A stretch of DNA of 64,000 bases from an uncultured Bacteroidia bacterium (GTDB lineage Bacteria; Bacteroidota; Bacteroidia; J057; CALDDN01), in contig CALDDN010000003.1 in assembly GCA_937936615.1 (NCBI GenBank), positions 2,520 to 66,519 of the forward strand, given 5' to 3'. Made by a program: the position numbers and the translations under genes. Position 1 is the stretch's first letter; each line of letters begins with the position of its first letter. Shown here piece by piece: positions 10,001-17,351 of this stretch. Under the pieces are notes generated by a model. It did not search any database, was not told where the DNA came from, and saw nothing but the letters and a program-made list of their open reading frames with translations.

Positions 10001-10188
10001 TGCGCGGCTCAGCCCGTGTCGAGGTCATCGATCTGCTGGGACGGGTGGTTGCAGTACACGACTTAGGTTCCGAAAGCCGCACGGCCGAACTCGACCTGCA
10101 GCACCTGATGCCTGGCTCTTACCTCTTCCGCATCAGTCAGGGTACCGATCTCATCGGTGTGCAAAAGCTGATCCGGATTCAGGATTGA
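4099..10188 (+). CDS. giant T9SS cargo: reprolysin-like (M12B-like) domain with substituted active-site motif + FN3 + 12 tandem CUB-like domains + type-A CTD
   Basis: The ATG at 4099 gives the signal peptide MIQSTRQSIGRGLLLFLLLLWGGVVQAQ; the track start at 3970 is an extension. The N-terminal layout resembles the propeptide and catalytic regions of Bacteroidota reprolysin-like peptidases. There is one Cys-bracketed FN3 (about 5390-5670) and 12 repeats with a CUB signature. The C-terminus is LYPNPTTGRVGLHF...GSYLFRISQG...KLIRIQD. Confidence 0.85.
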   Translation: MIQSTRQSIGRGLLLFLLLLWGGVVQAQLATFYPLELRSDPDAALEQTVGGATQLTLDRAELLRLYEADAEDLRVTLPLAGGGKWALHLTKARVLTDDFRLTDHTGRELPFEAPRTYRGIVHGRPGCWVAASFSRAGLMAVIVTPEGAFNLGPQGAAGDTSGRYVLFNERELKVELPHRECQVEEPPQDPHKDFDPDRVMNGAYCYVITKLFICDFQMYLDFNRSVQRVADYVTGMYNVVAMIYDREEIMTQIARIQVYTAADPFINVDNGRDILNRATDLNLLREFPNISLAHFISARRSLQGWGYYDVLCSRPAVRLSVGFVAPFYSELPVYSWPVQYTSVLLGFNLGSWATNDCRWPSGPIDGCAPVEGGNCARPPIPEPPFKGTIMSRCQMLPGIGVDLNLGLGPIPGERVRSRVSRAFCETQYLCDCFAPRVPTVTTDSSGTRARVEWIGSPRAGSFTLDYRIRFFGTWTSVGEITGYTYELENLQPDTEYELRIRANCFPPSSRNPSNWSLIYFTTPRLAAFCEPVARPQVFTDFVQVTDGSGLSDYRNNTNCRFEYRTASGRPIDIVFLEFQTERNYDFLRVYDGVPGSGGIQLGSFSGSVLPQSLRANSGVVYLEFTTDGSITYSGWRLLLKEIPEENTTFCQGMQTLTAEFGSFDDGSGPDDYANDSDCQWLIQPQNAQQIRIQFTEFQTEARFDFVSVYDGPTVDAPLLGRFSGFELPPVLLTSGPSALVVFTSDPSVTAPGWRISYQGITRTGRVFCRGLQRRTALADTVTDGSGAQPYAPNSSCRWLIEPEGAEAIEINFTEFHTEVDQDYVAIFAGPSIESPLVGIFSGQQLPRPLEIFSTSVLIVFQTNELIQESGWKLSYRVLEIVEESFCRGTQLRTALNDTITDGSGTANYANNSDCRWLIQPPNTQRIVLAIQNLDTERERDELRIYDGSDDTAPLLGTFSGSVRNQQLIATSGAAFVVFTSDEQNTAAGWQLSYNAEEIPDPVFCRGEQTRTAPTDTITDGSGPFDYGNNSACSWLIQPDSASNIRITFDSLRTELGFDFVTIHDGPTAQAPVLGRFSGSNLPAPLVTSQGTALVVFNSDFSITDAGFGLRYEALFNTEPVFCRGQQTRTATADTITDGSGTENYGPNSFCQWLVQPEGARSILLTFEAFDTERNRDFVTFYAGFDMEAPLVGRFSGSELPPMVEVTAPVVLVVFTSDEQNQGTGWQLRYRGVSAEQTRFCHGQQTVTARSGEIEDGSGGRLYGPNSDCRWLIAPPNARSLELTFLQFDLEEQFDNVWVYDGPTENDRLLGRFSGTQLPPVLRTTGGQALIVFRTDRTVQGQGWRLRYEGTFPPEPRHCLPLDVRTAASDTITDGSGASNYFPNVACRWLIAPEGAGNLTIDFLAFDTESRADFVTVYAGSNIQAPVIGRFSGRELPPRIVTGTGTALIQFESNAAFERSGWALRYQAEFPACRGTQVHTARTDTISDGSGALPYGPNSDCRWRIRPDGARNVVIQFLEFDTQADTDFVSLYAGPDERSPLLGRFSGQTLPERLDSRSNEVLVVFRSDAFVHGAGWQLRYTGEIPQCSGLSVRTAATDTITDGSGTAPYGPLSDCQWRIDVPGADSLILTFERFATAGVADVLIIFDGPDATARVLGRFSGTDLPPRLVTSTGRAFIAFATDRTEHADGWQLRYEAVFPPVFCGGIQTRTAPTDTITDGSTPNRNYGPNSDCQWLIKVAGADSLRLRFDRFATADSADVLTVFDGTDADAPILGRFWGQNLPPALTTSSGQARLHFVSDALGQASGWQLRYEAVFPPPPPVFCRDRQVRTAALDTISDGSPAEELYGPNSRCEWLIRPTEPVETLILSFDRFDTEAVADRVRVYAGEAATPIAQLFEHSGDRIPEPVVVPGGVALVTFSSNGSVEGRGWQLRYGPGPTVRQSDGGRQLQFQLYPNPTTGRVGLHFSHALRGSARVEVIDLLGRVVAVHDLGSESRTAELDLQHLMPGSYLFRISQGTDLIGVQKLIRIQD
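5110..5169 (+). other. position of the expected zincin HExxHxxGxxH motif, here VQYTSVLLGFNLGSWATNDC (all His/Glu replaced)
   Basis: By-eye alignment to the DYVAHEMGHQFGANHTFN-type motif of reprolysin-like peptidases keeps Y, G, G and T. It gives H->V, E->L, H->F and H->A. Confidence 0.5.
5680..9894 (+). repeat. 12 tandem CUB-like domain repeats (about 345-351 nt period) inside the 4099-10188 CDS
   Basis: The recurring pattern is FC.G.Q.RTA..DTITDGSG...Y..NS.C.W.I.P...F..F.TE...DFV.VYDG...LGRFSG..LP...ALVVF.SD...GW.L.Y. A 35/36-nt identical segment occurs at 9160-9195 and 9511-9546, a 351-nt offset. Confidence 0.8.
9934..10185 (+). other. type-A T9SS C-terminal sorting domain of the CUB protein
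   Basis: LQFQLYPNPTTGRVGLHFSH...HLMPGSYLFRISQGTDLIGVQKLIRIQD. Confidence 0.8.
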
Positions 10189-10209
10189 AGTTTTTTATCA
10201 AGAAAAGCG

Positions 10210-10240
10210 AAAAGCCCCGCTCAACGAGCGGGGCTTTTCC
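10210..10240. terminator. bidirectional rho-independent terminator between convergent genes
   Basis: AAAA-GCCCCGCTC (10214-10222), AAC, GAGCGGGGC (10226-10234), then TTTTCCTTTC. The A-run upstream and T-run downstream serve both strands. Confidence 0.8.
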
Positions 10241-10320
10241 TTTCAAACTTATCTGAAGCTCTTTACCTCAATGTCGGTATCCTGGGGCCTATAGGAGGGA
10301 AAGCCATGTGTAGAGACGAT

Positions 10321-10956
10321 TTAATCGCGCACGCGCCATAAAATTTCGTTGCGTCGAACGAAAGGCGGGTTCCACGGCGGATCGTAGTAAGCCAGCATGG
10401 GTTCACCTTCCAGCTTGAGGCCGTTTTGGGCGGCCCACTGCTGGAGTTCCTGCTGCCAGCGTTCGATTTTTCGATCGGTCATGTAGCCCGAGAAGCGGGC
10501 CGCCACCCAGCGGGCCGAGGGCTGTTCGACAAACCGCACCCGCTCGTTTACCGGCTTGGGCAGGCTTTCGAGGGTGTACTGGGCTGGCATCAGGAAGGTA
10601 ACGGTCCACGTGCCCCGTGTTTCCGATTGCAGGGTTACGGGGGTAGTCATGGCGATTTTTTCGGGGGCGACGGTTACGGGGGTGGTCATGGCCAGCTTGC
10701 TGGAGCCTTGGTTGTTGCCAAAAATGTAGTTGGCCAGCAGGCGGAAGCCCCGATTTTCGGCCGTTTCGCGGTCCCCTTCGACCTGCACGTAAGCCAGAAT
10801 GCGGGGCGCGTAGTTGCGCAGTTCGAAGTGGCCGCTGCGCTGTTCGACCGTGTAGCGGGCCGACTCATATTCGGAAAAAACTACGACCCCTGCGTAGGCC
10901 AGCGTAGCCGCGCCCAGAATCCCCAGAGCAATCAGCAGTATCAATTTTCGTCTCAT
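10321..10956 (-). CDS. SOUL/HEBP-family heme-binding protein with N-terminal membrane anchor
   Basis: YESARYTVEQRSGHFELRNYAPRILAYV...RGFRLLANYIFGNN...KLAMTTPVT...MTTPV, and a C-terminal ...LAYYDPPWNPPFVRRNEILWRV typical of the SOUL family. Confidence 0.8.
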   Translation of the reverse strand: MRRKLILLIALGILGAATLAYAGVVVFSEYESARYTVEQRSGHFELRNYAPRILAYVQVEGDRETAENRGFRLLANYIFGNNQGSSKLAMTTPVTVAPEKIAMTTPVTLQSETRGTWTVTFLMPAQYTLESLPKPVNERVRFVEQPSARWVAARFSGYMTDRKIERWQQELQQWAAQNGLKLEGEPMLAYYDPPWNPPFVRRNEILWRVRD

Positions 10957-11035
10957 TAATTAAATTCAATTCAGGTTGACTACCAATACAACTTCAATTC
11001 TGGCTCGGATGGTTCCTCGGGACCGGCATGCGGAC

Positions 11036-11065
11036 TTGATAAGACCTTAAAAGCTCGTATCTTTG
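11036..11065 (+). promoter_or_regulatory. candidate Bacteroidota-type promoter (TTG - 19 nt - TATCTTTG) for ppiD-like gene
   Basis: TTG at 11036-11038 and TAnnTTTG match TATCTTTG at 11058-11065, 86 nt upstream of the ATG at 11151. Confidence 0.4.
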
Positions 11066-11150
11066 CGCTTCGCTTCAAAATGTAGAATTCAAGTCCCAAG
11101 CGAGTTGGGCTTGCCGAAACGTATCTTACGCGACTGAACGCCTTTCGACT

Positions 11151-13268
11151 ATGGCCGGTGTAATTAACCGCATCCGCACCAAGGGTTCCCTAGCCCTGTT
11201 GATCCTGATCGGGGTGGCAATGGCCTCCTTTATTCTGACTGACGTACTGACCCGGATTTCGGACATTGTGCGTGGCTCTTCGCCCACGGCGGTGGGGATT
11301 GTCGCCGGTCAGGAGATCAACTACAATTACTTCAAATTCCGGATCGATCAGGCCACGGCCCTGGCGCAGCTCAACCAGGACCCCAACAACCCCCAGCCCA
11401 TCGACCCCACGCGCATGTCGAACGACACCTGGGCACAGGTCGTCAATGAAATTATTTACGAGAAGCAGTACGAACCGCTGGGCCTGAAGGTAAGCAAAGA
11501 GGAATACCAGGACATGCTTCTGGGGCCGGAACCCGATCCGCAGGCCACCCAGATGTTTGGCGACCGCAACAGCATGATGCAGGTGATGCAGCAGGCCGAA
11601 AAAGATGGCAACCTCAAGTTTCGCATCGCCATGGCTGAAAAGTACCTGGTTGAAAACCGCCTGCGTCGCAAGTACGAGGCTCTGGTCAAGGGAGGCATCT
11701 TTGTTTCCAAGGCTGAAGCCCGCCGCCGCTACCAGGAGGAAAACACCCGGTATACCTTTGATTACTTAGCGGTCAACTTTGCAGCTATCGCCGATTCAAC
11801 CGTTCAGGTCAGCGAGTCGGATTTCAGCCGCTTCTATCAGGAAAACATCGAGGAATTCCGCCAGAATATCCCTCAAACGGCCATCAGCTTCATCAGCCTG
11901 CCGAAGGTCGCTACAGCCCGCGATACGATGAATGCCTACAATTACCTGCTCGCGCTGGTGGAAGAGTTTAAAAAGACGGATAACGACTCGCTGTTTGCCG
12001 CGGACAAGAACCGTTCCGATCAATCGTTTCCCTATGAGTTCCAGCAGCGGGCCGAACTGGATGCCGAGACAGCCGCCCGCATCCAAGGAATTGCCATCGA
12101 TTCGGTCGTCGGACCGTTTCTGTCGGGCAACCAGTTCAAACTGATCAAACTGACGGATGTGGTGCGCCGCGACACGGCTCCTTTCCTCAAGCTGCGCCAT
12201 ATCTTCATCCGTCCCAAGGGCAATACCGCCCAGGATACCTTCCAGGCTCAAATGCAGGCCCAGATTCAGGCATCGCTCATCAATAGCGACAATTTTACAA
12301 GCTACGTGCAGAGTCTTTCGGACGACGGGGCCACCAAACAGCAGGGCGGCGATTTGGGTTGGTTCAAGTACGGTATGTTTGGTAAAAAGTTTGATACGGA
12401 AGTCAAAAAACTGCAGAAAGGTCAGATAGCAGCCATCATGTCGGACTTCGGTGCCCACATCGTCGAGGTACAGGATCGGAGCGTGGAAGGGGTTCGCGTG
12501 GCGACCATCGCGCACGATATCCAGCCGGGGCAGCAAACCATCGACAGCCTGTTGACTCTGGCCGAGAAGTTCCGTACGTCCGTGTCCGATACGGCCAGCT
12601 TTGTCAAAAAAGCGGCTGAAATGAAGCTCAACGTAACGGCCAATCAGATCGCGCAGCCGGGTTCCGCATTCATCGGAGGCCTTTACGGAAGCGGTACCAA
12701 AGATGTGATTGTCTGGGCACTCAATGCCGAAGTCAATACCGTCAGCAATGTTTTCGAGACGGAAAACAGCGTGGTAGTAGCCGTGGTCAACGAGAAATTG
12801 GAGCGGGGCTACCGCTCGCTCAACTCGGTACGTGAGCAGATTCGGCCCCGCGTGCTGGCAGCCAAAAAGGCGGAACTGATCCTCAACCGCTTCAAAACCG
12901 CAGTGAAAAACAATTCGGACCTCATGCAGATGCGCAACGAATACGGGCCGGGAGCCTATACCAGTACAGCCGCCGACGTAACGTTTGCATCGGGCTACAT
13001 TCCGGGCATCGGCTCGGACCCGATCCTCATCGGTTCGCTTCCGGGGCTGAAAGTCAATCAGATTTCAAAGCCAATTGTCGGTAAAACAGGCGTGTTTGTG
13101 GTTAAAATCACGTCGATCGAACAGCCCGAAAAGCTCGACGACAAGGCTCTGGAAGAATACCGGTTTACCCAGCAGCAAAACAAGCGTAACCAGTACCTGA
13201 ACAAGGCGCAACAGGGCCTGCGGGCACATGCCGAGATCGTAGACCTGCGTTACAACTTCGGCTACTGA
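11151..13268 (+). CDS. ppiD: membrane-anchored periplasmic chaperone / peptidyl-prolyl isomerase (PpiD/SurA-like, parvulin domain)
   Basis: N-terminal TM (LALLILIGVAMASFILT), a SurA_N-like region, and a parvulin motif (LKLRHIFIRP...GGDLGWFKYGMFGKKFDTEVKKLQKGQIAAIMSDFGAHIVEV). Confidence 0.8.
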   Translation: MAGVINRIRTKGSLALLILIGVAMASFILTDVLTRISDIVRGSSPTAVGIVAGQEINYNYFKFRIDQATALAQLNQDPNNPQPIDPTRMSNDTWAQVVNEIIYEKQYEPLGLKVSKEEYQDMLLGPEPDPQATQMFGDRNSMMQVMQQAEKDGNLKFRIAMAEKYLVENRLRRKYEALVKGGIFVSKAEARRRYQEENTRYTFDYLAVNFAAIADSTVQVSESDFSRFYQENIEEFRQNIPQTAISFISLPKVATARDTMNAYNYLLALVEEFKKTDNDSLFAADKNRSDQSFPYEFQQRAELDAETAARIQGIAIDSVVGPFLSGNQFKLIKLTDVVRRDTAPFLKLRHIFIRPKGNTAQDTFQAQMQAQIQASLINSDNFTSYVQSLSDDGATKQQGGDLGWFKYGMFGKKFDTEVKKLQKGQIAAIMSDFGAHIVEVQDRSVEGVRVATIAHDIQPGQQTIDSLLTLAEKFRTSVSDTASFVKKAAEMKLNVTANQIAQPGSAFIGGLYGSGTKDVIVWALNAEVNTVSNVFETENSVVVAVVNEKLERGYRSLNSVREQIRPRVLAAKKAELILNRFKTAVKNNSDLMQMRNEYGPGAYTSTAADVTFASGYIPGIGSDPILIGSLPGLKVNQISKPIVGKTGVFVVKITSIEQPEKLDDKALEEYRFTQQQNKRNQYLNKAQQGLRAHAEIVDLRYNFGY

Positions 13269-13300
13269 TCGCCGGAAGCCGCTCACCTGCCTGCTGAGCC

Positions 13301-14872
13301 GTGCTGCGCCTCTTCACCTACACTAACCCACTCATTTATGTGCTGTTGGTGGGGTTGGTTTTTCTACTGAGGTCGGCCACGTTCCGGTCCGACTACGCCT
13401 GCCCTGCCGAATCGCGCAACAGCGTCCTGGCCCAGCGCATGGCTGACGGGGCCTCGCTCTACGCCGATGCATGGGAGTCGCGTCCACCCGCCACTGCATG
13501 GGTTTACCGTGCCGCCCGTGCTCTGGCCGGCTCCTACAGCCTGACGCTGCTGCGGGTTCTGGCCTGTCTGTATGTGGTGATCTGCTGCATGCTGCTGCAT
13601 CTCACCCTCATCGAATACCGGATCGAATACCGGCTGACTTTTTTTCCGCCTCTGCTTTTTGCTCTGTTATTCTGTGCCCCGTGGTCGAGTCAGGAGGTGA
13701 ACGAGGATTTTCTGCTGGTGCTGCCGGTGCTGGCGGTCATGCGCCTGCAAATCCGTCACTACGTCGAGGGCCAGCTGCTGAGCGAACAGCTTTACGTAGC
13801 CGGTCTGTGGTGTGGCTGGGCAAGCCTGCTTAAGTACCAGGGATTGCTGCTGCTGCTGACGGCTGCCTTCTGTACGCTGGTGTTGAGCCGCCGTCCCCTG
13901 CGCGATCTGGTCGCCCTGCTCACGGGCCAGCTGACGGTGATACTGGGCCTGCTGCTCTGGCTCGATCTGCATCGAGCCATCGACGACTGGTGGGATCAGA
14001 CAGTCCTCTATGCTTTCGACCGCATTCGCATCGCTGAGCACTTCCCTGCCGAGTCGGTCGCTTTTGCCTTCGCCGAGCAGGCCCTCGTTTACGGCCTGGC
14101 AGTAACACTGGGGCTTCGGGCGTGGCTGGTATTGCGAACCCGCCCTGCTGCAGCGACGATTCGCGAGCGCAAAATCGAAGCCCTTTTTACCTACTGGCTC
14201 ACGGGTATGGCCGCGAGCCTGCTCATCGCTGCAGCCCAAACGCGGCTGACGCACTACTGGCTGCTGCTGCCACCACTCGTATTTTTTATGGCGGTTCATG
14301 CCCGCAGCGTCCGGCGCAGCTTTTGGCGGCGACTTCCCTATAGCGTGCTGGTGCTCTGGCTGGCTGCTCTGAGTCTGCTGCATGTGCTGGTAGCCCAGCC
14401 GGCAAGCCTGCGCAGCCTCCGGCGGCAGATCGACTGGCCCGAATACTGGCGCAAGCAGCAGGAGCGTATCGTGCCCAATGCCAGCCAGCTGCTGGCCCGC
14501 GAATACCTGGCCCAGCATCCGGCCCTTGCGGGCATCTGGTACGTTGGCGACGACCCGTTGTTTTACCAGCGGGTGGGCGAGCGCGTCGGCATCCGCTACA
14601 CGCACCTGCCCATGACCCTGATCAAGTTCGACTGGCTGGAGCGCAACCACCGCCAGGCGGCTCTGTTCTCCCGCAGCGAACCCTTACCCCGCGTGTACGA
14701 AACTTTTCTGCACGAGCAGCCCGATGTTGTTTTCGACCCTCATGGAGTGTTTGCCGAAACCCGCGATCGCTTGCCGCTGCTGCTGCGGCCCTACGAGCTA
14801 GAACAGACGGGGCAGCTGACAATCTTCCGCCGCAGTAACCGGCCTTCGGCCCGATTTTCTTTTCCACCTTGA
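13301..14872 (+). CDS. polytopic membrane protein, possible GT-C (family 39/83-like) glycosyltransferase
   Basis: GTG start. At least 10 hydrophobic segments are followed by a soluble C-terminal domain. The general layout resembles ArnT/PMT-like enzymes, but no diagnostic motif was verified. Confidence 0.55.
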   Translation: MLRLFTYTNPLIYVLLVGLVFLLRSATFRSDYACPAESRNSVLAQRMADGASLYADAWESRPPATAWVYRAARALAGSYSLTLLRVLACLYVVICCMLLHLTLIEYRIEYRLTFFPPLLFALLFCAPWSSQEVNEDFLLVLPVLAVMRLQIRHYVEGQLLSEQLYVAGLWCGWASLLKYQGLLLLLTAAFCTLVLSRRPLRDLVALLTGQLTVILGLLLWLDLHRAIDDWWDQTVLYAFDRIRIAEHFPAESVAFAFAEQALVYGLAVTLGLRAWLVLRTRPAAATIRERKIEALFTYWLTGMAASLLIAAAQTRLTHYWLLLPPLVFFMAVHARSVRRSFWRRLPYSVLVLWLAALSLLHVLVAQPASLRSLRRQIDWPEYWRKQQERIVPNASQLLAREYLAQHPALAGIWYVGDDPLFYQRVGERVGIRYTHLPMTLIKFDWLERNHRQAALFSRSEPLPRVYETFLHEQPDVVFDPHGVFAETRDRLPLLLRPYELEQTGQLTIFRRSNRPSARFSFPP

Positions 14873-15005
14873 ATCCACTGGCCCGTTTCGATCTGAAGGC
14901 CTTCGAGGCCTCTTTCCACCACGCAATTCACAGCTGGGGCGGCCTGCGCTTTGCGTTTCACCGATCGATTCGTAATTTTTGTTGTGTCATTTGGTTGCCT
15001 GTCTC

Positions 15006-15806
15006 ATGATCAGTCCTGCAGAAATTCGCCAGCATAACTTCAAACGCGGCATTCGGGGCTTCGACCCCGAGGAGGTCAAAGCTTTCCTCCAGACTTTGGC
15101 CCAGGAATGGGAAAACCTGCTGAGCGAAAACCGGAGCCTCAAAGCCGAACTCAAAGCCACACAGGAAAGCCTCCAGCATTTCCGTGAAATGGAATCGATG
15201 CTGCACAAAACCCTCCTGCAGGCCGAACAATCCTCCAAGGCGACCCTCGAGAATGCACAGCGGGAGGCAGAGATCCGGTTGCAGGAAGCCGACCAGCAGG
15301 CCCAGCAGCTGCTGCACAACGCCCGCATCGAAAGCGAAATGAAAAAGCAGGAAGCCGAACAGCGTGCAGTGGGCATTCTGACCCAGGCCTACGAAGATCG
15401 CAGCCGAATCGAGCAGGAAGTTCATCAGCTGAGCCTGCGCCGCAATGAAATCCTGAGCCAGCTTTCGCTGTTCCTGACCTCGCAGCTTGAACGCATTCAG
15501 ACCTTCAGCCAGCACGAGGTCATCAGCCTGGCGCGATCGACCGACCTCTCCGCGCCCGCGGGTGCCTCCCGTCCCGAAGCGGAACCGCCCCGTGCAGTGT
15601 CCGCACCCCGCCCGGTGCCTGCCCCTGTCTCCGAGCCTGAAGCCCGGGTTTTGCAGCCTGTATCTTTTGCCCAACCCCTGTTGAATTCCAACGGGGCGAG
15701 TACCGATATTCTGCGCAACGCCCCCCGCCGTTCCTTTTTTGAATCGATGCTGGCCACCGCCGACCGTACCGGCATGCTTGCCGCTTTAGCCGACGAGCTC
15801 GAATGA
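15006..15806 (+). CDS. DivIVA domain-containing protein with P/A/S-rich C-terminal half
   Basis: MISPAEIRQHNFKRGIRGFDPEEVKAFLQTLAQEWENLLSENRSLKAEL is the canonical DivIVA N-terminal domain plus coiled coil. The internal ATG at 15006 is preferred over the track start at 14979. Confidence 0.85.
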   Translation: MISPAEIRQHNFKRGIRGFDPEEVKAFLQTLAQEWENLLSENRSLKAELKATQESLQHFREMESMLHKTLLQAEQSSKATLENAQREAEIRLQEADQQAQQLLHNARIESEMKKQEAEQRAVGILTQAYEDRSRIEQEVHQLSLRRNEILSQLSLFLTSQLERIQTFSQHEVISLARSTDLSAPAGASRPEAEPPRAVSAPRPVPAPVSEPEARVLQPVSFAQPLLNSNGASTDILRNAPRRSFFESMLATADRTGMLAALADELE

Positions 15807-16339
15807 TCCTCTCGGACCGTGAAATTCTGGCCCAGCGCGAGGCCGGTTCGATTGTGATCGAACCTTGGCGGCCCGACTGCCTGGGCAGCAACAGCTACGA
15901 TGTCCATTTAGGCCGCTGGCTGGCGGTCTATACCCAGCCGGAACTCGATGCCCGTCAGCACAATGCCATCGACTACATCGAAATCCCCGAAACGGGCTAT
16001 GTTCTGCAGCCGGGCATTCTGTACCTGGGGGTTACGGAAGAATACACCGAAACCCATGCCCATGTGCCATTTCTGGAAGGCAAAAGCAGTGTTGGCCGGC
16101 TCGGCATTCATATTCATGCTACCGCCGGCAAAGGCGATGTAGGATTCTGCAACACCTGGACGCTGGAAATCTCGGTCGTACACCCCGTGCGGGTCTATGC
16201 CGGTATGCCCATTGGCCAGCTGATTTTTTTTGAACTCAAAGGGGAGGTTGAACGGCCCTATTGCGATAAGGCTTCTGCCAAGTATACCCAACGAACTGAC
16301 CTCCCCGTTGAATCGATGATGTGGAAGAACAAGTTCTAG
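15803..16339 (+). CDS. dcd: dCTP deaminase
   Basis: MILSDREIL...IEPW....LGSNSYDVHLG...EGKSSVGRLGI..H.TAG..D.GF.G..TLE. ATGA overlap with the upstream gene. Confidence 0.9.
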   Translation: MILSDREILAQREAGSIVIEPWRPDCLGSNSYDVHLGRWLAVYTQPELDARQHNAIDYIEIPETGYVLQPGILYLGVTEEYTETHAHVPFLEGKSSVGRLGIHIHATAGKGDVGFCNTWTLEISVVHPVRVYAGMPIGQLIFFELKGEVERPYCDKASAKYTQRTDLPVESMMWKNKF

Positions 16340-16346
16340 GCCCTGC

Positions 16347-17348
16347 ATGAAATTAACGCCACCCCGCCCCTTAGCCGAACTGGCCGCCCTCCTCGGTGCC
16401 CGGGCCATCGGCCCCCCCGACCACCCGGTCGCCGGCATCAACGAAATTCACCGCGTTGAATCGGGCGATTTGACCTTCGTCGACGTCGAAAAATATTTCA
16501 AAAAAGCCCTCGATAGCGCAGCTACCACCATTCTCATCAACCAGGCGATCGATCCTCCACCGGGTAAAGCCCTGCTCGTCTCGGATGATCCCTTCCGCGA
16601 CTACAACCGACTGACCGAACATTACCAGCCTCGAATCGACCCCACCCAGCACGCCCAGCCCCAGCTGGGGGCCAAGGTCCGGATCGGGCAAAACGTCGTT
16701 TTTGGTATCGATGTCGTCATCGGCGACGACGTCGAAATCGGGCATAACGTTGTGATCGGCAGCCACGTGCGGATTGGTACGGGCACCGTGATTCATTCCC
16801 ACGTCAGTATCTACGACTACACCACCATCGGGCAGCACTGCATGATCCAGAGCGGTGCCCGCATCGGGGCCGAAGCTTTCTATTACAAAAAACGCGAATG
16901 GGGCCGCGAGAAAATGCTCTCCAAAGGCCATACTGTGCTCGAAGATTACGTAGACGTCGGGGCCAATACGACGATCGACCGCGGGGTGAGTGCCGAAACC
17001 CGAATCGGTGCCCATACCAAAATCGATAATCTGGTTCAGATTGGCCACGATACGCTCATTGGTCGACGGTGCATTCTCGCTTCGCAGGTGGGAATCGCGG
17101 GGGTGAGCACCATCGGCGACGACTGTATCCTCTGGGGACAGGTCGGCGTGGCCAGCGATACCGTCATCGGGAACCGCGCTATCGTACTGGCGCAGTCGGG
17201 TGTTCAGGGCGAGCTGGCCGGTGCCAAAACCTATTTCGGTTCGCCGGCGGCGGAGCGCATCCAGCGGTGGCGCGAGATCGCCGCGGTGGGCCGTCTGCCC
17301 GCATTCATGCAACGCATCGAGGGCATGAGCTTCGACGACATCAGCTAG
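16347..17348 (+). CDS. lpxD: UDP-3-O-(3-hydroxyacyl)glucosamine N-acyltransferase
   Basis: N-terminal LpxD-type domain (LAELAALLGA...GINEIHRVESGDLTFV) followed by a long hexapeptide-repeat left-handed beta-helix (IGQNVVFGIDVVIGDDVEIGHNVVIGSHVRIG...). Confidence 0.9.
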   Translation: MKLTPPRPLAELAALLGARAIGPPDHPVAGINEIHRVESGDLTFVDVEKYFKKALDSAATTILINQAIDPPPGKALLVSDDPFRDYNRLTEHYQPRIDPTQHAQPQLGAKVRIGQNVVFGIDVVIGDDVEIGHNVVIGSHVRIGTGTVIHSHVSIYDYTTIGQHCMIQSGARIGAEAFYYKKREWGREKMLSKGHTVLEDYVDVGANTTIDRGVSAETRIGAHTKIDNLVQIGHDTLIGRRCILASQVGIAGVSTIGDDCILWGQVGVASDTVIGNRAIVLAQSGVQGELAGAKTYFGSPAAERIQRWREIAAVGRLPAFMQRIEGMSFDDIS

Positions 17349-17351
17349 GGG

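Noticed and set aside
10957-11150. Intergenic regions scanned for tRNA or small-RNA genes (10957-11150, 24266-24458, 30052-30236, 37619-37957, 41630-41841, 63626-63726)
   Set aside because: None shows a cloverleaf-compatible arrangement (acceptor stem plus GTTC.A T-loop) or another recognisable RNA family signature. Nothing can be supported without a covariance-model search (tRNAscan-SE or Infernal/Rfam).
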